DNA from: Welwitschia mirabilis
Lineage: Eukaryota
DNA length: 38,689 nt
NCBI GenBank assembly: GCA_051453625.1
Contig: JBOZIK010000001.1
Span: 25,652,301-25,690,989, forward strand
Direction: 5' to 3'
Below are positions 11,870 to 23,589 of this stretch, in pieces. Every line of letters begins with the position of its first letter. The stretch's first letter is position 1. Below the pieces are notes generated by a model that was given only the letters and a program-made list of their open reading frames with translations, did no database searches and was not told the DNA's origin. The translations under genes and the position numbers were made by a program.

Positions 11870-14385
11870 TACTAGATGAGCAGTTGGATTTTAATGATAC
11901 TTATTGTATGAGGATTTTATACAAGAAAGAAATTGAACTTCAAAGCTAAACCATAAAATATTTTTTATAAAATTTAAAATTATTCCTAGTTCAAATTTTA
12001 AAAAACTTCTTAAAGATCCTAGTTTCACTAGACTCAAATAGTAGATAATTAAACTCAACTGGTGAAACTGGTTAACATTTTTAGAGAAATATAGTAATGA
12101 AGAAGTTTACTCTTTTTATAGAAACATAAAATTTTTAGAAGATCCACCAACATTATACTCATTAGTTAATAATGTAACAATTCAAATTTCATTGGATGAA
12201 ATAAGGATGATTCTTGGGGTATCATCTACTAGAAGAATACTATCAGAATCATGTAAAATTGAGGACACTACCTTATGTTTGAAACATTTTTGAAGGATGA
12301 CTAATAAGGATGGACAAGTTGACATTGATAAAGCAAGGAAGCCTAAGGCATTTGTCATTTTTAAAATGGTATTCTTTAATCTAGTCCTAATCATCAATAA
12401 ACAAAAGGACATGAGTATACCAGTAGTATACTGAACAGATGCCATCAGAGACTCCTCAAGTGGAAATATAAACATTAGGTTTAACATCTTTTAATATTTA
12501 TGTAAATTAATGTCAAGAATTAGAAACACCACCAAAATTACAAAGATTGGACTTAGATTTTCCTTTCTAATTGGAAGTATTCTTTTAGATAGAAATCTTT
12601 TATAATTCTTTTTGAGAAAAAGAGGTAGTTGTAAACTCTCAGTTGCATCCTTATTTAGAGTTTAGGTTTTGACATCCTTTAGTATTTCAGACATAGAATA
12701 GATATCTTTAATAATTTAACTAGTGACGCAAATTTAAAACAACCTCCATAGCCTTTCAGAGAGCAAGCAGATACATTTACTCTAGAGTAATTAGGACCAT
12801 AAAAAAAATTAAATCTTTTACTAATTTATTAGAGGAAGATAAGATGGATTATTTATGTACTACTATAATTTCCTTGATTGACTTCCTATAATAAAAGAAT
12901 CAACTGTAGGAAAAAAAATCTTAGTTTGAAGGAAAAACTTAAATTTTTGGAACTAGAGAATGAAGTTTTAAAAGATAAAATTTCTTTTTGGCTGGGAGAA
13001 TGTAATAAAGTAAAGGAGAAAAAGTAGTAGTTGAAAGAAAGATTAATCTCTCATTTTGAATTCTAAAAGTCAGACAGGTCCTCTCTACATAATGCTTAAG
13101 CTCGGATTGAGGAATTCGAGTAAGAACTCAGAGAGGAGAAAGAAAAACTACAGGTTCACCCTCTCAATAAAGAAGATTTTTTGTTGAAACTTCTGAAAAG
13201 CATGGATCATAGCAAACATTATGATACTAGGTACATCAAAATGTAATAATAATTCATTGCTTTCATGCATAATAACTCGTCCCTCCTTCTAAAGAATAAT
13301 ATTCAAAGAAAATTTATATGGATTTGAGAGGAATGCTTAAAAAGCATATGAAAATTCAAGAGAAAAATATTAAATGCAAGCAAAAATAAGTAGAAACCTT
13401 AGAATAGGTATATATTAAGTAAGAGAAAATTAAAATGTAGAAGAGAAACATTGCTTTTCTTCAAGAAAAGCTAGAATCTACTCATCCTTCTTCTGCACCC
13501 ATTAATTATTCTTCATTAGAGAAGAGTCTAATAAAGGTTTTAGAATATAAATTGTCTCTAATATCAGAAAGAATTTAGCAATCTGATTCACAAAAAATAC
13601 ATTTCTCCCAGCCAGTTAGACCTAATTAAGAAGCTTAAAAAAGAAAATAATAGACTACTTTATGAAAATAAATTTTTAGAAGTATGACTAGAAAAGAGAA
13701 TAGGATTTAGGGATGAGAAATTAAGTGTACCATAGAGCATGCATTTTTAACCCCAAAACTATGTGATTATTTTGATGGTTGTGAAAAAGTTATAAATGAA
13801 ATCATATAGAAAATAGAAAAATGGTAGGAAAAAATCATGTAGGTATCTAATTAAACCCTAGAGGAGGTAAATACTACTCAGAATGAAGCAGTTAAAGGAT
13901 AGAATTAGAAGGCAATGAGAAAACTCCTCCAAGTCTGTGAAGGTTTCAAAAGGGATATTTGTTTTTCTATAGTTATTAAGTAAGATTTAAACTCTCAGAA
14001 AAATCAAAGAAATCATCTCTTAAAGTGTATAAGAATGCTTAGAGAAATCTTTGTAGACATTTTCTCTAAAATAAAAGGAGGATAAGAAATTTGATTTATC
14101 TTAATTAGAAGTTCTTCTACATTAGGAAAATCTGAAAAATCCCCTCCTACTCAACTTGTGAAATTAAAAAAAAACTTCAACTGCTAAAAAGGGTAAACAA
14201 TCAAAAGGGAAGCTAGTATAGGTAGATCAATCAGATCAAGAAAATATAAATTAAGATGACTTAGCCCTTTTGAAAGAGCAAATTGAGGAAATGAAGTAGT
14301 TGAAAAAAAATGAAAGAGTCACCGGTTGAGTTAGAATCAGATATAGTTGAAAAGAAGAAAATAAAACATCGAAGAAAATAATGTA
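11870..14385 (+). pseudogene. Degenerate extra (env-like) ORF region of an Athila-type element, followed by a long K/E-rich, probably coiled-coil, segment
   Basis: EEVYSFYRN...PPTLYSLVNNVTIQISLDEIRMILGVS (~12099-12225) fits the V..FY.N...V.G..I.IS...I..ILG pattern of plant retroelement extra ORFs. LRFSFLIGSIL at ~12552. It lies directly upstream of a PPT and LTR. Confidence 0.6.
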
Positions 14386-14411
14386 AATTATTAGAGGACT
14401 AATAAATATCT

Positions 14412-14422
14412 GAGTGTGGGGG
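14412..14422 (+). promoter_or_regulatory. Polypurine tract (PPT), Athila-type
   Basis: ttagaggactaataaatatctGAGTGTGGGGGaaacTGAT matches the typical Athila-type 3' end (gaggac...agtgtggggg) immediately before a TGAT LTR start. Confidence 0.75.
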
Positions 14423-14426
14423 AAAC

Positions 14427-15101
14427 TGATGACTCAGAAATGGATGTACATTTATGCTATGTTATTACCAAATTAATGAAGAATGTGTGAAAATGTTAGT
14501 AAATATTATGACATTATTGTAATATATTATGAGTTATTATAAGCTAACTTTGTGATGCAGGTTAATTAAATGGAGCTATGCTATAAAAAGTAAAAGTGGT
14601 TAAAACAACTGGATAGGTGGTACAAAAGAAGGAATAATAAACTCTCTACCACCATACATATAAATAAGCATATTGAAGAAGTCAAAATAATTTTTTTAGT
14701 ATCTTGGAGAAGAGTTGGAGAGTGTGTCTTAGGTGAACAGATTAGAGTGGGAGAACTATAAATTGACTTCCTAAGCTCTACTACCTATGGTAAAAACATA
14801 GAATGGAGCTAATCATTGTATTTTCTTGATAAGTAATATAAACTATGTTATTCTAAAAAGAATGTTATATTGCTGAAGTGTGTAATTTGAAAAAGTTACA
14901 TGCTATCTTTTCTTACTCTTAATATTGACATTAGCTAGAGTTAATATTAAGAGAGTGTATAAGTTAAGAATAATTAGTGCATATGATCTAGCTATATTTT
15001 ATTTATTCTAGTTTTCTTATTTTTTCATATCCTATAAATTATTATTTATAAGTAGAATAACTATCAGAACACCTTTTTACCAAGAATAGTCATTCTCAAC
15101 A
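14427..15101 (+). repeat. 3' LTR of Athila-type element C
   Basis: Starts with TGATGA 4 nt after the PPT. Candidate end ...ttctcaaCA at 15101. TATA-like catataaata at ~14658. The end position is uncertain. Confidence 0.6.
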
Positions 15102-15314
15102 AAGTATATGTCCTGATCAAAAGTCTTATTTGAGTCAAAAGTAGAAAGGAAAAAAATCTCCATATAAAAATTATTAATGATCAAAGTCTGTGTGTAGATG
15201 TGGTAATTTAGTTGTATATTTTTTCAGCATTTGGTTAATATAATAGTTTTTTTAAGCATTTTATTGAAACTAGTTAATTATTTTATAGTATTTTTAGTTA
15301 AATTCCAAGCTTGC

Positions 15315-17720
15315 CATGCATGCAAATGCTGAGATCAATGCCCCTAATGTCTGAGAGGGTCCATCCTATTCCTTCCTTATTTTTTATTACGAGTAATTAA
15401 TCCTCTTATGACAGTGTTAAGGAAGAATTTATGACTACTAAAAAAAGGACTCATCCCCTAAGAAAGCATCTTTTAGATCCTTGATCAAGGACTTAAGTTC
15501 TAAGTTCATTTTGTTTTAGGTGATGGGACATGATGATTCTAAGTCACTATTTTCTAGAGAGTGGGAAGCAAATTCTTAGTTTTCAAAAAGGGTTTCCATC
15601 CTATAGAGATGCTCTATTCCTTTATCATTTAGCAACTTCATAACATTAAAAATGTTTAGATCTATGGTCATGTTTCTGAAGAGATTTTCATTAACCCATT
15701 CCTACAATTAATTAAGTTATTTGCAGTTGCTAAGAATGGTCTTTGTAAAATGATAGATAATGAGTTATTCCTTGATTTTTCCATGTCTAAAACCATAAAG
15801 TCCATCAAGAATTAGAAAAAATCAACCTTAACAATAATATCCTGTATAACTCCTAATGACATTTTTATAGAGTTATCAGCTAATTGGAGTTTGAGTTTTA
15901 TGTTCTTAAGCCCTTCTAAGCCTAACTCTTTATAAGTTTTATAGGTAAGTTTACACTAGCCCTTAAGTATAATAGAGCTCAGTCAAGTCACTTATTGCCT
16001 ATGGTAACAATGATTGTAAGGCATCTAGGGACTTTATATTTGGATGGGCATTTATTTTGAATGATTACACTTATTTGTTATGCAGGAAAAGTTTTACTCT
16101 TTATATTCCCACCTCTTTGATAGTGCACATGTCTTTAAGTAATTTTGCATAGGAAGATACTTGTTTGATGGATTCTAGAAGAGGAATGTTTACCTTAACT
16201 TCTTTGAAAATTTCTAGAGTCTCTAACTATTTTTTGATTATATTGTCCTTCCTAAGTTATTGAGAAAAAGGTAAGGGCTCTTTGTATATATGTAATGATT
16301 CTTTATTCTTATACTTTTCTTTATTTTCTATGGGAATTAATTTTTCCTTAGTTTTATTTTACCTGGGTGGATTTTCTAGCTCTTTCCTACTCCTAAGATG
16401 TATATACTTAGTTCCTTCTAAGTGTTCCATCCCTTTAGTAAACTTAATTCCCTTTGGATTTGGTTGAGTAATCATGGGGAGTTTGCACATTTTCCTTAGG
16501 TTTAGGCTGGAAATGATTTGGGTTTGAATTTATTAAAGTTGTTGAAGAACCTAGGTAATAAATTTTGTGTTTTGATCAAGACTATTTAATGTGGAGGAGT
16601 GTTGTTTTAGAGATTGTTCATGGTTTCTACTAAGTTGAACTTGACTTGTCATGAATTTTTTAACTTAATCATCAAAGGGGGTGTGTTAGGATGGTTTTTG
16701 GTAATTGAAAGGCTAAGGAGATGATGATGCATATTAGTTTCTTCATTGATTTTAGTTTTTTTATTTTCAAGAAAAGTTAGGGTGATTTCTCCACTGAGGG
16801 TTATATGTTTTTAAGGAGGGATCATTTCTTGGATTTTTCCATTAGTGCCTAGCTACATTTAACTTCTTATTAACTATGTTTTAAAATAGAAGAATGGCAG
16901 GGTAATTGGTGGCTTCATGGATATGAATGTCACAAATCAAACATTTAGGCTTAGTGACCATGGATAAGAACAAAGATGAGGTGGTCTAAGACTTTAGGTT
17001 TCTTACTAATTCATCTATTTTGTTGTTTATTCCAAAGTTTTTTGGAGTCTTAAAAACACTTGTTAAGTTAATGGAATGATAAGATCTTAAAGGTTTAGTA
17101 GGTTTTTTCTAGTTCTTTAAACCCTTAACTACACTTTGCAAGTATTCCCAAACCTCATCTAGAGGTATGCTAACAAAATTATCCCTACTCATCATTTTAA
17201 CTAATTAGTAATTATTAGTGGATAACCCATTATGGAAAAAGCTTATTTCCCTTACTTACTTAAAACCATATTGGGGGGATTTTTGTAATAGATCCTTCAA
17301 TCACTCTAAGATTTGGAAGAATGTCTCATAATCTTTTTGTTAAATGTTCATTATTTCTTTTTGTAAAGCATTTATCTTATGATTGGAAAAGTCTTTGGAT
17401 ATGAAAGCCTTACTTAGGTTAGCCCAATTTGTAATAGAGTAAGGTTGAAGATGTATAACTAGGATTTCATCTTCTCTTTCAAGCAAAAGGGAAATAAGAT
17501 AAGCATAAGTGCATTATGAGTGTTTAGGTACTAAGGGACAGTTGATAGAACACATTCTTTGAGATGAAGATATGGGTCCTGAGACTCTAACCCATGGAAA
17601 TGAGGCAAAAGTTGGATAGTAAATGTTTTGAATTATAGCCTTTAGTTAATGTTGGAATCATGATGCATGAGGGTGTTCCTAGGCATCAAGGTTGGAGATA
17701 ATCACAAAGGATTTACCTAG
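15315..17720 (-). pseudogene. gag-protease relic of element D
   Basis: TPSCIMIP and IQLLPHFHGLESQDPYLHLKE (~17556-17680), LFPF.LKEK, zinc-knuckle-like CLICDIHIHEATNYP (~16899-16943), YNPQWRNHPNFS* (~16767-16805), KVNIPLLESIKQVSSYAKLLKDMCT (~16123-16197), PR ALLYLRASVNL (~15947-15979), LQLADNS. Confidence 0.9.
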
Positions 17721-18767
17721 GTTGGCTTGTGTTACCAGTAGCAATGATAATAACTTGTTATTTGACTACCTCTTAGGTAAGGTAGTAAGCTGTTAAGTAG
17801 GCTATGAGGTCTTAAGAAGATGTAGCTCTATTAATTGTATTTCTTGTATCATGCTACTATTGCTAAGGGGATGAGGGGTCTTGTTGATGGTTGTTCGAGT
17901 TATTGTGAGAGGTGGAGGTTTATTCTCATTGGGAATCTTTAAGGGGTTGGTTTCCATTTTAGGATCTAAGCTCTCTTTTTCTTTCAGAATTGGTAGAGGG
18001 ATCCACATTATGATAAGTTAATCTTCTAATGTTATCATGGGGTTTAATGCATATAAGAGAAGGGTTCAAGTGGGTTTGAAACAAATTTCAATTTGGATTT
18101 CATAGAGTCTATAGGATAGAAAAGGTTTAGGGTTTACACAAAGAGTTCAGTCAAAATTTGGAAGTGTTCTAGGCCAAAAGGATGGCGGTATCAGCGAGGC
18201 AAGGCAATGGCACTAGTTAGGTTTTAATTTTTAATTTCAGTTTTTATAGGTAGTTCGCAAAACATGCACAAAATTTTACCATGAAAGGATCATAGAAAAA
18301 TAAAACTGAGATGATGAACATAACTAAATGTAACAAAAATCATGAGAAATATTTTTAGAGATTTCAATATTTAAAACACATAGTAAAATTACAAAAATAG
18401 AGACATACAAGATAGTAGAAAAATGTAGCAGAAAAAGGAAATCATATAACACAATATAAAGTTAATTAAATTTTTTTAAGTTTTTAAGTTTTACTCCAAA
18501 AATAACTTGCAAACAAAACATTAAACCTACACAAAATAAGTTAGCATAAAAACAAACTTTAAAAATAAGTTGAACTGGTTCAGGTTTTACTAGAATGAAC
18601 ATTATCAACCATTGGAAGAAAAACTAAACACACAAAATAAAAAGAAAATCCATTAGTTCGTTATTACTAAAAGGAGGTCTAGTATCCACCATAGAAAAGA
18701 TGAAAACTATTTATGAAGACTTGCAAAAAGAAAAGTACTATTCCTCTAAGCTACTACCATGTCATTA

Positions 18768-18784
18768 TCCTTAACGACATGCCA
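18768..18784 (-). promoter_or_regulatory. Degenerate primer-binding site, tRNA-Asp type (Athila)
   Basis: The - strand reads TGGCATGTCGTTAAGGA against the consensus TGGCGCCGTTGCCGGGGA. Differences are almost all C>T or G>A plus one deletion, and the position between LTR and gag is correct. Confidence 0.6.
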
Positions 18785-18789
18785 AAATC

Positions 18790-20173
18790 TATTTATTGTT
18801 TTACAATTTCTATATTTAAACTAGGTTTGCACTTAGTCATCATTCTTTCTCAATGATAACATGGGTATTGGTTCATAAGTTTTGCACTACTTATCTTAAT
18901 GCAAATTACAAAGTTTAAGAAATGAAAAAGAAGAAAGAGGTAATTTTAAAAGTTGAATTTAAAAATTTATCTTAAGAGAGAAGGAAAACAAGCTAGCTCA
19001 AAGGTATCGCTGGTTTATTTTTAAGAAATTCTTCACTCTAATGTTATCTAATACCTTCCTATAATACATTAAAACCATTAAGTTCTTTTAGCCTAAATCA
19101 TAGTGACATTATCTCATTTACCATATGAGTAATGATGAACTCAATTATCACTTTTATCTTTAAAGACTTAACGATAATAAAAAGTAAGGATTCTAAAAAC
19201 TTAATATCTATAAAGTTAAAGGACTTAGGTCAAATGCTAAAAGAGTATACTAAATTTTAATAAAGCTTAATGGTTAAATTACTTTTTAAACATTTAAAAT
19301 ATAAAATTACTCATGATTTAAAATAAAAGGAAAATAACTTATGAATTAAAGAAAAAATAACTTTACAGCAAATGAAGAAAGATGTTGAAGAACTCCTCAA
19401 GCAATCCTGAAGACTAACTTACTCCTTATAATAGTCTCTTAGAAAGCCATCACAACTTAGTGCTCTAAGGTTCTATAATCCTCTAAAACCAAAGATGATA
19501 TAATGAAGGGTTCAAGGCTCTTTTATAAGGAGAGATGAGGGTGAGGAATGGTTATAAGCTCTTGGCTTATAGCATTAGGTGGACAGTTACATGATGATAC
19601 TATTTAGGTAGAATGATTTTTCTTTTTTTCTATTTGGTGAAGATGCTTATGATGATACTAACACTTAGCTCTAGAGTGTTGCAACTACTGCTAATCACTC
19701 TGTACACTGTGTGTTTCAATCATCATCTTAGTTACCCCTATCAAATGTCACTCTAAAACTCTTGATCATTGTTGCCATGCTCATCGAGAATGTAATTATT
19801 TTTGATGTAAACTTTGACTAGCATGTAATTCCATTTAATCTAGTTTTTTATGACAAGCTAAGAACATGAGTTTAAAGGCAGTTTGCATAGATAGGTTGGT
19901 GGTGCTAGTGATCCTAGATGGTAGTGCTGACCTTTAACTTTTATCACCTTCAATTTTAAGCATGCCTTTTAGTTAAGCATAATTTACTTGAAAATGTCAC
20001 TGACACATGATAAGTTCTTAATTATTATGAAAATCCATAGAAGACATGTTTTTATGATAAAATCAATGATATTAATATCTTTTATCAAGATTAATTAGTT
20101 ATTTAACTTAATTGTAATGTTAAATTTTACATGTTAACATACCTTGAACCAGTCTTTTATTAGTGCCTTATCA
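18790..20173 (-). repeat. 5' LTR of element D (~1.35-1.38 kb)
   Basis: Abuts the PBS. TATA-like cttataaaag on the - strand at ~19520-19529. The 5' start is either TGATAAG (20173) or TGTTAAC (20139). Confidence 0.6.
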
Positions 20174-21198
20174 AAAAGTCAGTAATGAAATGGTTAAACA
20201 TGGAAAAAATTATCTAAGTAAAAAGTACTCTAGTGTGCGAATGATACAACTTGAAAAATTTTATGACAATTTTTACTATAATTAAAACATTAAGATGAAA
20301 AATTTTATCATTAAAATTAAATGTTGTACCCCTGACCCAAAGTAAACTTTGTTCTTAAAGCTTATGATGAAAAATGTTAAAATTATATTTTAAGAATATA
20401 GTTTTAGACAGATCATGATAAGTTCTTTTATTAGAAATCATGCAAAACAATACAACTAAACTAAGCGAAAGGAAAAGCTAACTACAACAAAAAGCTAAGA
20501 AAAAGCGAAACTAACTATGATAAAATAATTCTAAGTGGAATATCTATTGATAAGAATGGTTTATGCCTTGGAAGTTATTTCTTATGAAAATGGGTATGAA
20601 GTGAAATGAAGTGGTGTGGAGTAAAATGGAGATGATAAATATGTCAAATGGACTAAATCATAAATCAATGAATAAATTAGCAAAAGTTCCTAAGTTAATA
20701 AGCCCTTATTATATTTTTGTATTTTATTAGATCATGATATCAACCAAGTAAAGTCTTAACCAAGTATCTTATACGCATTTAAAAAATTATAGTAAATCTT
20801 AAGTATGAAAGTTAAAAGGCAATACTTTACATAAAGCCCCCGATTCTCACCTTTGTTATCCCTTTATTTTCTATTTCTACCTTCACATATATCCTTAGAT
20901 TTCAAGCCTTTAAATCTCATTAAGCATCTAGTATTATGAAATTTTCTTCCAATAGAACTAAGCATGTTATATTTGCAAAAATCAGTGATGTATTACCAGT
21001 GAGCATTTATAGCCTTGATGTTATTGAACATGTTATAATTAGATCATTAAAGCTGCATTACTAGCAGGTATTCATAATTCCAATGTAGTTAAATAAACCC
21101 AATTTAAGTGATTGTTATGTCTGTTTAGAGAAAAAACATTATTTTCTTTTCTTCATCTTTCCATAACCATTTTTTTATGCACATCAAGGGGTCATTAG

Positions 21199-21541
21199 TA
21201 TTGGGTTTTATTAGTTTATGTTTATTAACAAGAAAGTGGCATTTTGGATATGCCCACATGCTATCCTATTTTAAAGTACTTATTAAATTAGATATTTAAG
21301 TCATCCTATCAAGGTGAATGCACTCCATAAATTAAGGCATTGGTTAAGTGATTTGGTTATATCAAATATGGAATCTTTCTATGTATAAATTTCTATCAAA
21401 TTAATGAAAATATTGAGCTATTTTTTCAAGACAAATCTTCCTCAAGCTCTGGTGATATGATTTGCCTACAGAATCTTTTAGCCATTTTATTTTATGAATT
21501 TGGTGTCTCATACTCATGGTTGCTCCCTTTTAAAACCTTCA
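21199..21541 (+). repeat. 5' LTR of element E (343 bp)
   Basis: tattgggttttattagtttatg...ttttaaaaccttca, alignable throughout with 22982-23325. The initial TG has mutated to TA. Confidence 0.9.
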
Positions 21542-21543
21542 TT

Positions 21544-21555
21544 TGGTATCAAAGC
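21544..21555 (+). promoter_or_regulatory. Primer-binding site, initiator tRNA-Met type
   Basis: TGGTATCAAAGC matches TGGTATCAGAGC at 11 of 12 positions and lies 2 nt after the LTR end. Confidence 0.88.
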
Positions 21556-22970
21556 AAAATCTAGAAGGAGCAGATTAATTTTCCTTCTAAATTTATTAGT
21601 TAAAAAAATAAATTTTAATTAGAGTGAAGTAAAGATGAGACTTAGTATTTACAAAATTTGAGGGTTTAAAAAATGGGTCCTGTAAGCCCAAAAAATTGAA
21701 AAGAAGACTTGATGGAGACAGTAAAATCAATGATAATTTACAAATAATGAAGGTAATGTTTTTGTATTGTGACAATGATCAATAATACAAGCTTTAGCTC
21801 TTGCTCTATGTTTGTCACTTTTTCATAGTAAATGTAGGAAAATTCCCCTTTATATTTGAAGCAGAAAGCTCCATTTGCAACTCCATATTTCTTAGATCAC
21901 TTAGATATCTAAGAATAAATAATTTGTTATAGCACAGAATCAATCTCATAGATAGCCCAAATGTGTTGTTGACATTGCTTAAATACCTTCACATTACCAA
22001 GCCTGGATTCACACATAAAGTCATAAAACTAGAGGTAAATGCCACAATCCTTATATGGTGGAGATGCTTTTATGTTTTTTATTCATTTATGACTTAAGAA
22101 AAGTAAAGGAGTCATAGTTTGTCACTTGCTCATAGTTTGTTGGTGAAGAGAGAACTAGCACTTGCTTTGTTAGTGCTGCATTTTCAATAGAATCACTTCT
22201 TCACTACATTTTGTACAGATGATGTAGATAAAACTCAACATAACAAAGAGTGAAATTTACACTAGAGGAGATAACATGAAAGTTCAAAAGGTGGAGTCAC
22301 CAAAGGAAACAACTCACAAATCTAGAATCTATTAAACTTTATTTGACTAGAGTTTCTCTACAAATAATATATAAATGTCATCATTAATGGAATCCTTGGA
22401 ATTTACAAGGCCTAAGTAAAAAGAAGCAAAAACAGAGGACAGGGTCAGATATAACTTAAAGAACATAATGCTAACATTTTTTACTAGACCAATATTTTGG
22501 ACATTGGTGAAAGATCCAATTAAGACTTTAATTGCATGGAAGTTAAGTGTGACAAGTGTATTTCAGATGTTATTTTAACGTTTGTATACTTTATTTTAAT
22601 AAAATCTTTATAAAGATACCATGTAATGGAGAACTAAAAATTACTAATTTGTTAATTATGATAGGTTGGGGCTTTTTATAACCATAATTCATTGTGATTA
22701 ATTTTGTTATGTAATTTCATATTATAAGAAGTAAGGGGGCACACTTATTATGATATTATTTTTATATCAAATTGTGAGTTAGTCCCATTTTAATTATAAG
22801 TTCACATAAACTATTACTATATCCCATTCCTTTAGTGTGTTCCATTTTCTAGTTTGGCTTAGTGCCATTCAAGCTAAGTGCTACTACCTTAGTGCTATTA
22901 GCTAAGTGTCATATAGCTTAGTGCTTTTTTACTATTTATAATATCAAGTATTACATGTAAACTTGGCATT

Positions 22971-22979
22971 AAAGGAGGG
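22971..22979 (+). promoter_or_regulatory. PPT of element E
   Basis: AAAGGAGGG lies 2 nt upstream of the 3' LTR. Confidence 0.75.
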
Positions 22980-22981
22980 TT

Positions 22982-23325
22982 TATTACTTTTATTAGTTTA
23001 TGTTTATTTTAAAAAATAAGTGGCATTATGGGTATGCCCACATCCTTATCCTATTATAGAGTACTTGTGAAGTTAGATATTTAAGTCATCCTATCAAGAT
23101 GGATGCATTCCATAAATCAAGATATTAGTCAAGAGATTTAAGTAATGTCAAATATGGCATCTTTATGTATAAATTCTTATCAAATTAATGAAAATATTGA
23201 GCTATTTTTTCAAGAAAAATATTCCTCAAGATCCAATGGCATGATCTTCTTGCAAAATCTTTTAGCCATTTTATTTTATAAATTTGGTGTCTCATATTCA
23301 TGGTTGCTCCTTTTCAAAACCTTCA
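22982..23325 (+). repeat. 3' LTR of element E (344 bp)
   Basis: Direct repeat of 21199-21541, followed by the ATTAG TSD. Confidence 0.9.
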
Positions 23326-23589
23326 ATTAGCTCATTATCCTAGTTAAGACACATCTTGTCCTCATTAAAGGCTTTATACTTAAAGAACTCATGCAAGGGT
23401 AAATCCCACCTTTTCAACCAAGTTTTACCAAAATTGGAGACTCTAAGTGAATGCGTTCTTAATCAATACTCTTGAAATAAGCATACCTTTCTTTAAAAAC
23501 CTATATGTAAACTTGATCTTAACCATGACTTAGGGGATAATGAGATCACTTATTATTAATTTTGTTAAGGGCCTCTTACTTGGATTAAT

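Larger units (their letters stand above)
15315..20173 (-). mobile_element. Element D: 5' half of an Athila Ty3/gypsy element (LTR, PBS, leader, gag, protease), truncated at the start of RT
   Basis: LTR, then PBS, then gag, then PR on the - strand. Coding similarity stops at IGWTLSDIRGIDLSICMH (~15316-15370). Confidence 0.88.
21199..23325 (+). mobile_element. Element E: structurally complete 2127 bp non-autonomous LTR retroelement (TRIM-like, or an internally deleted copia derivative)
   Basis: Two diverged direct repeats of ~343 bp that both end in aaaaccttCA, PBS TGGTATCAAAGC after the first, PPT before the second, and ATTAG on both flanks (21194-21198 and 23326-23330). Confidence 0.9.

Noticed and set aside
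20174..21193. Unassigned AT-rich segment with a possible - strand PPT (gcccccg, ~20836-20842)
   Set aside because: No matching LTR pair or coding motif in the window; probably TE-derived but not assignable.
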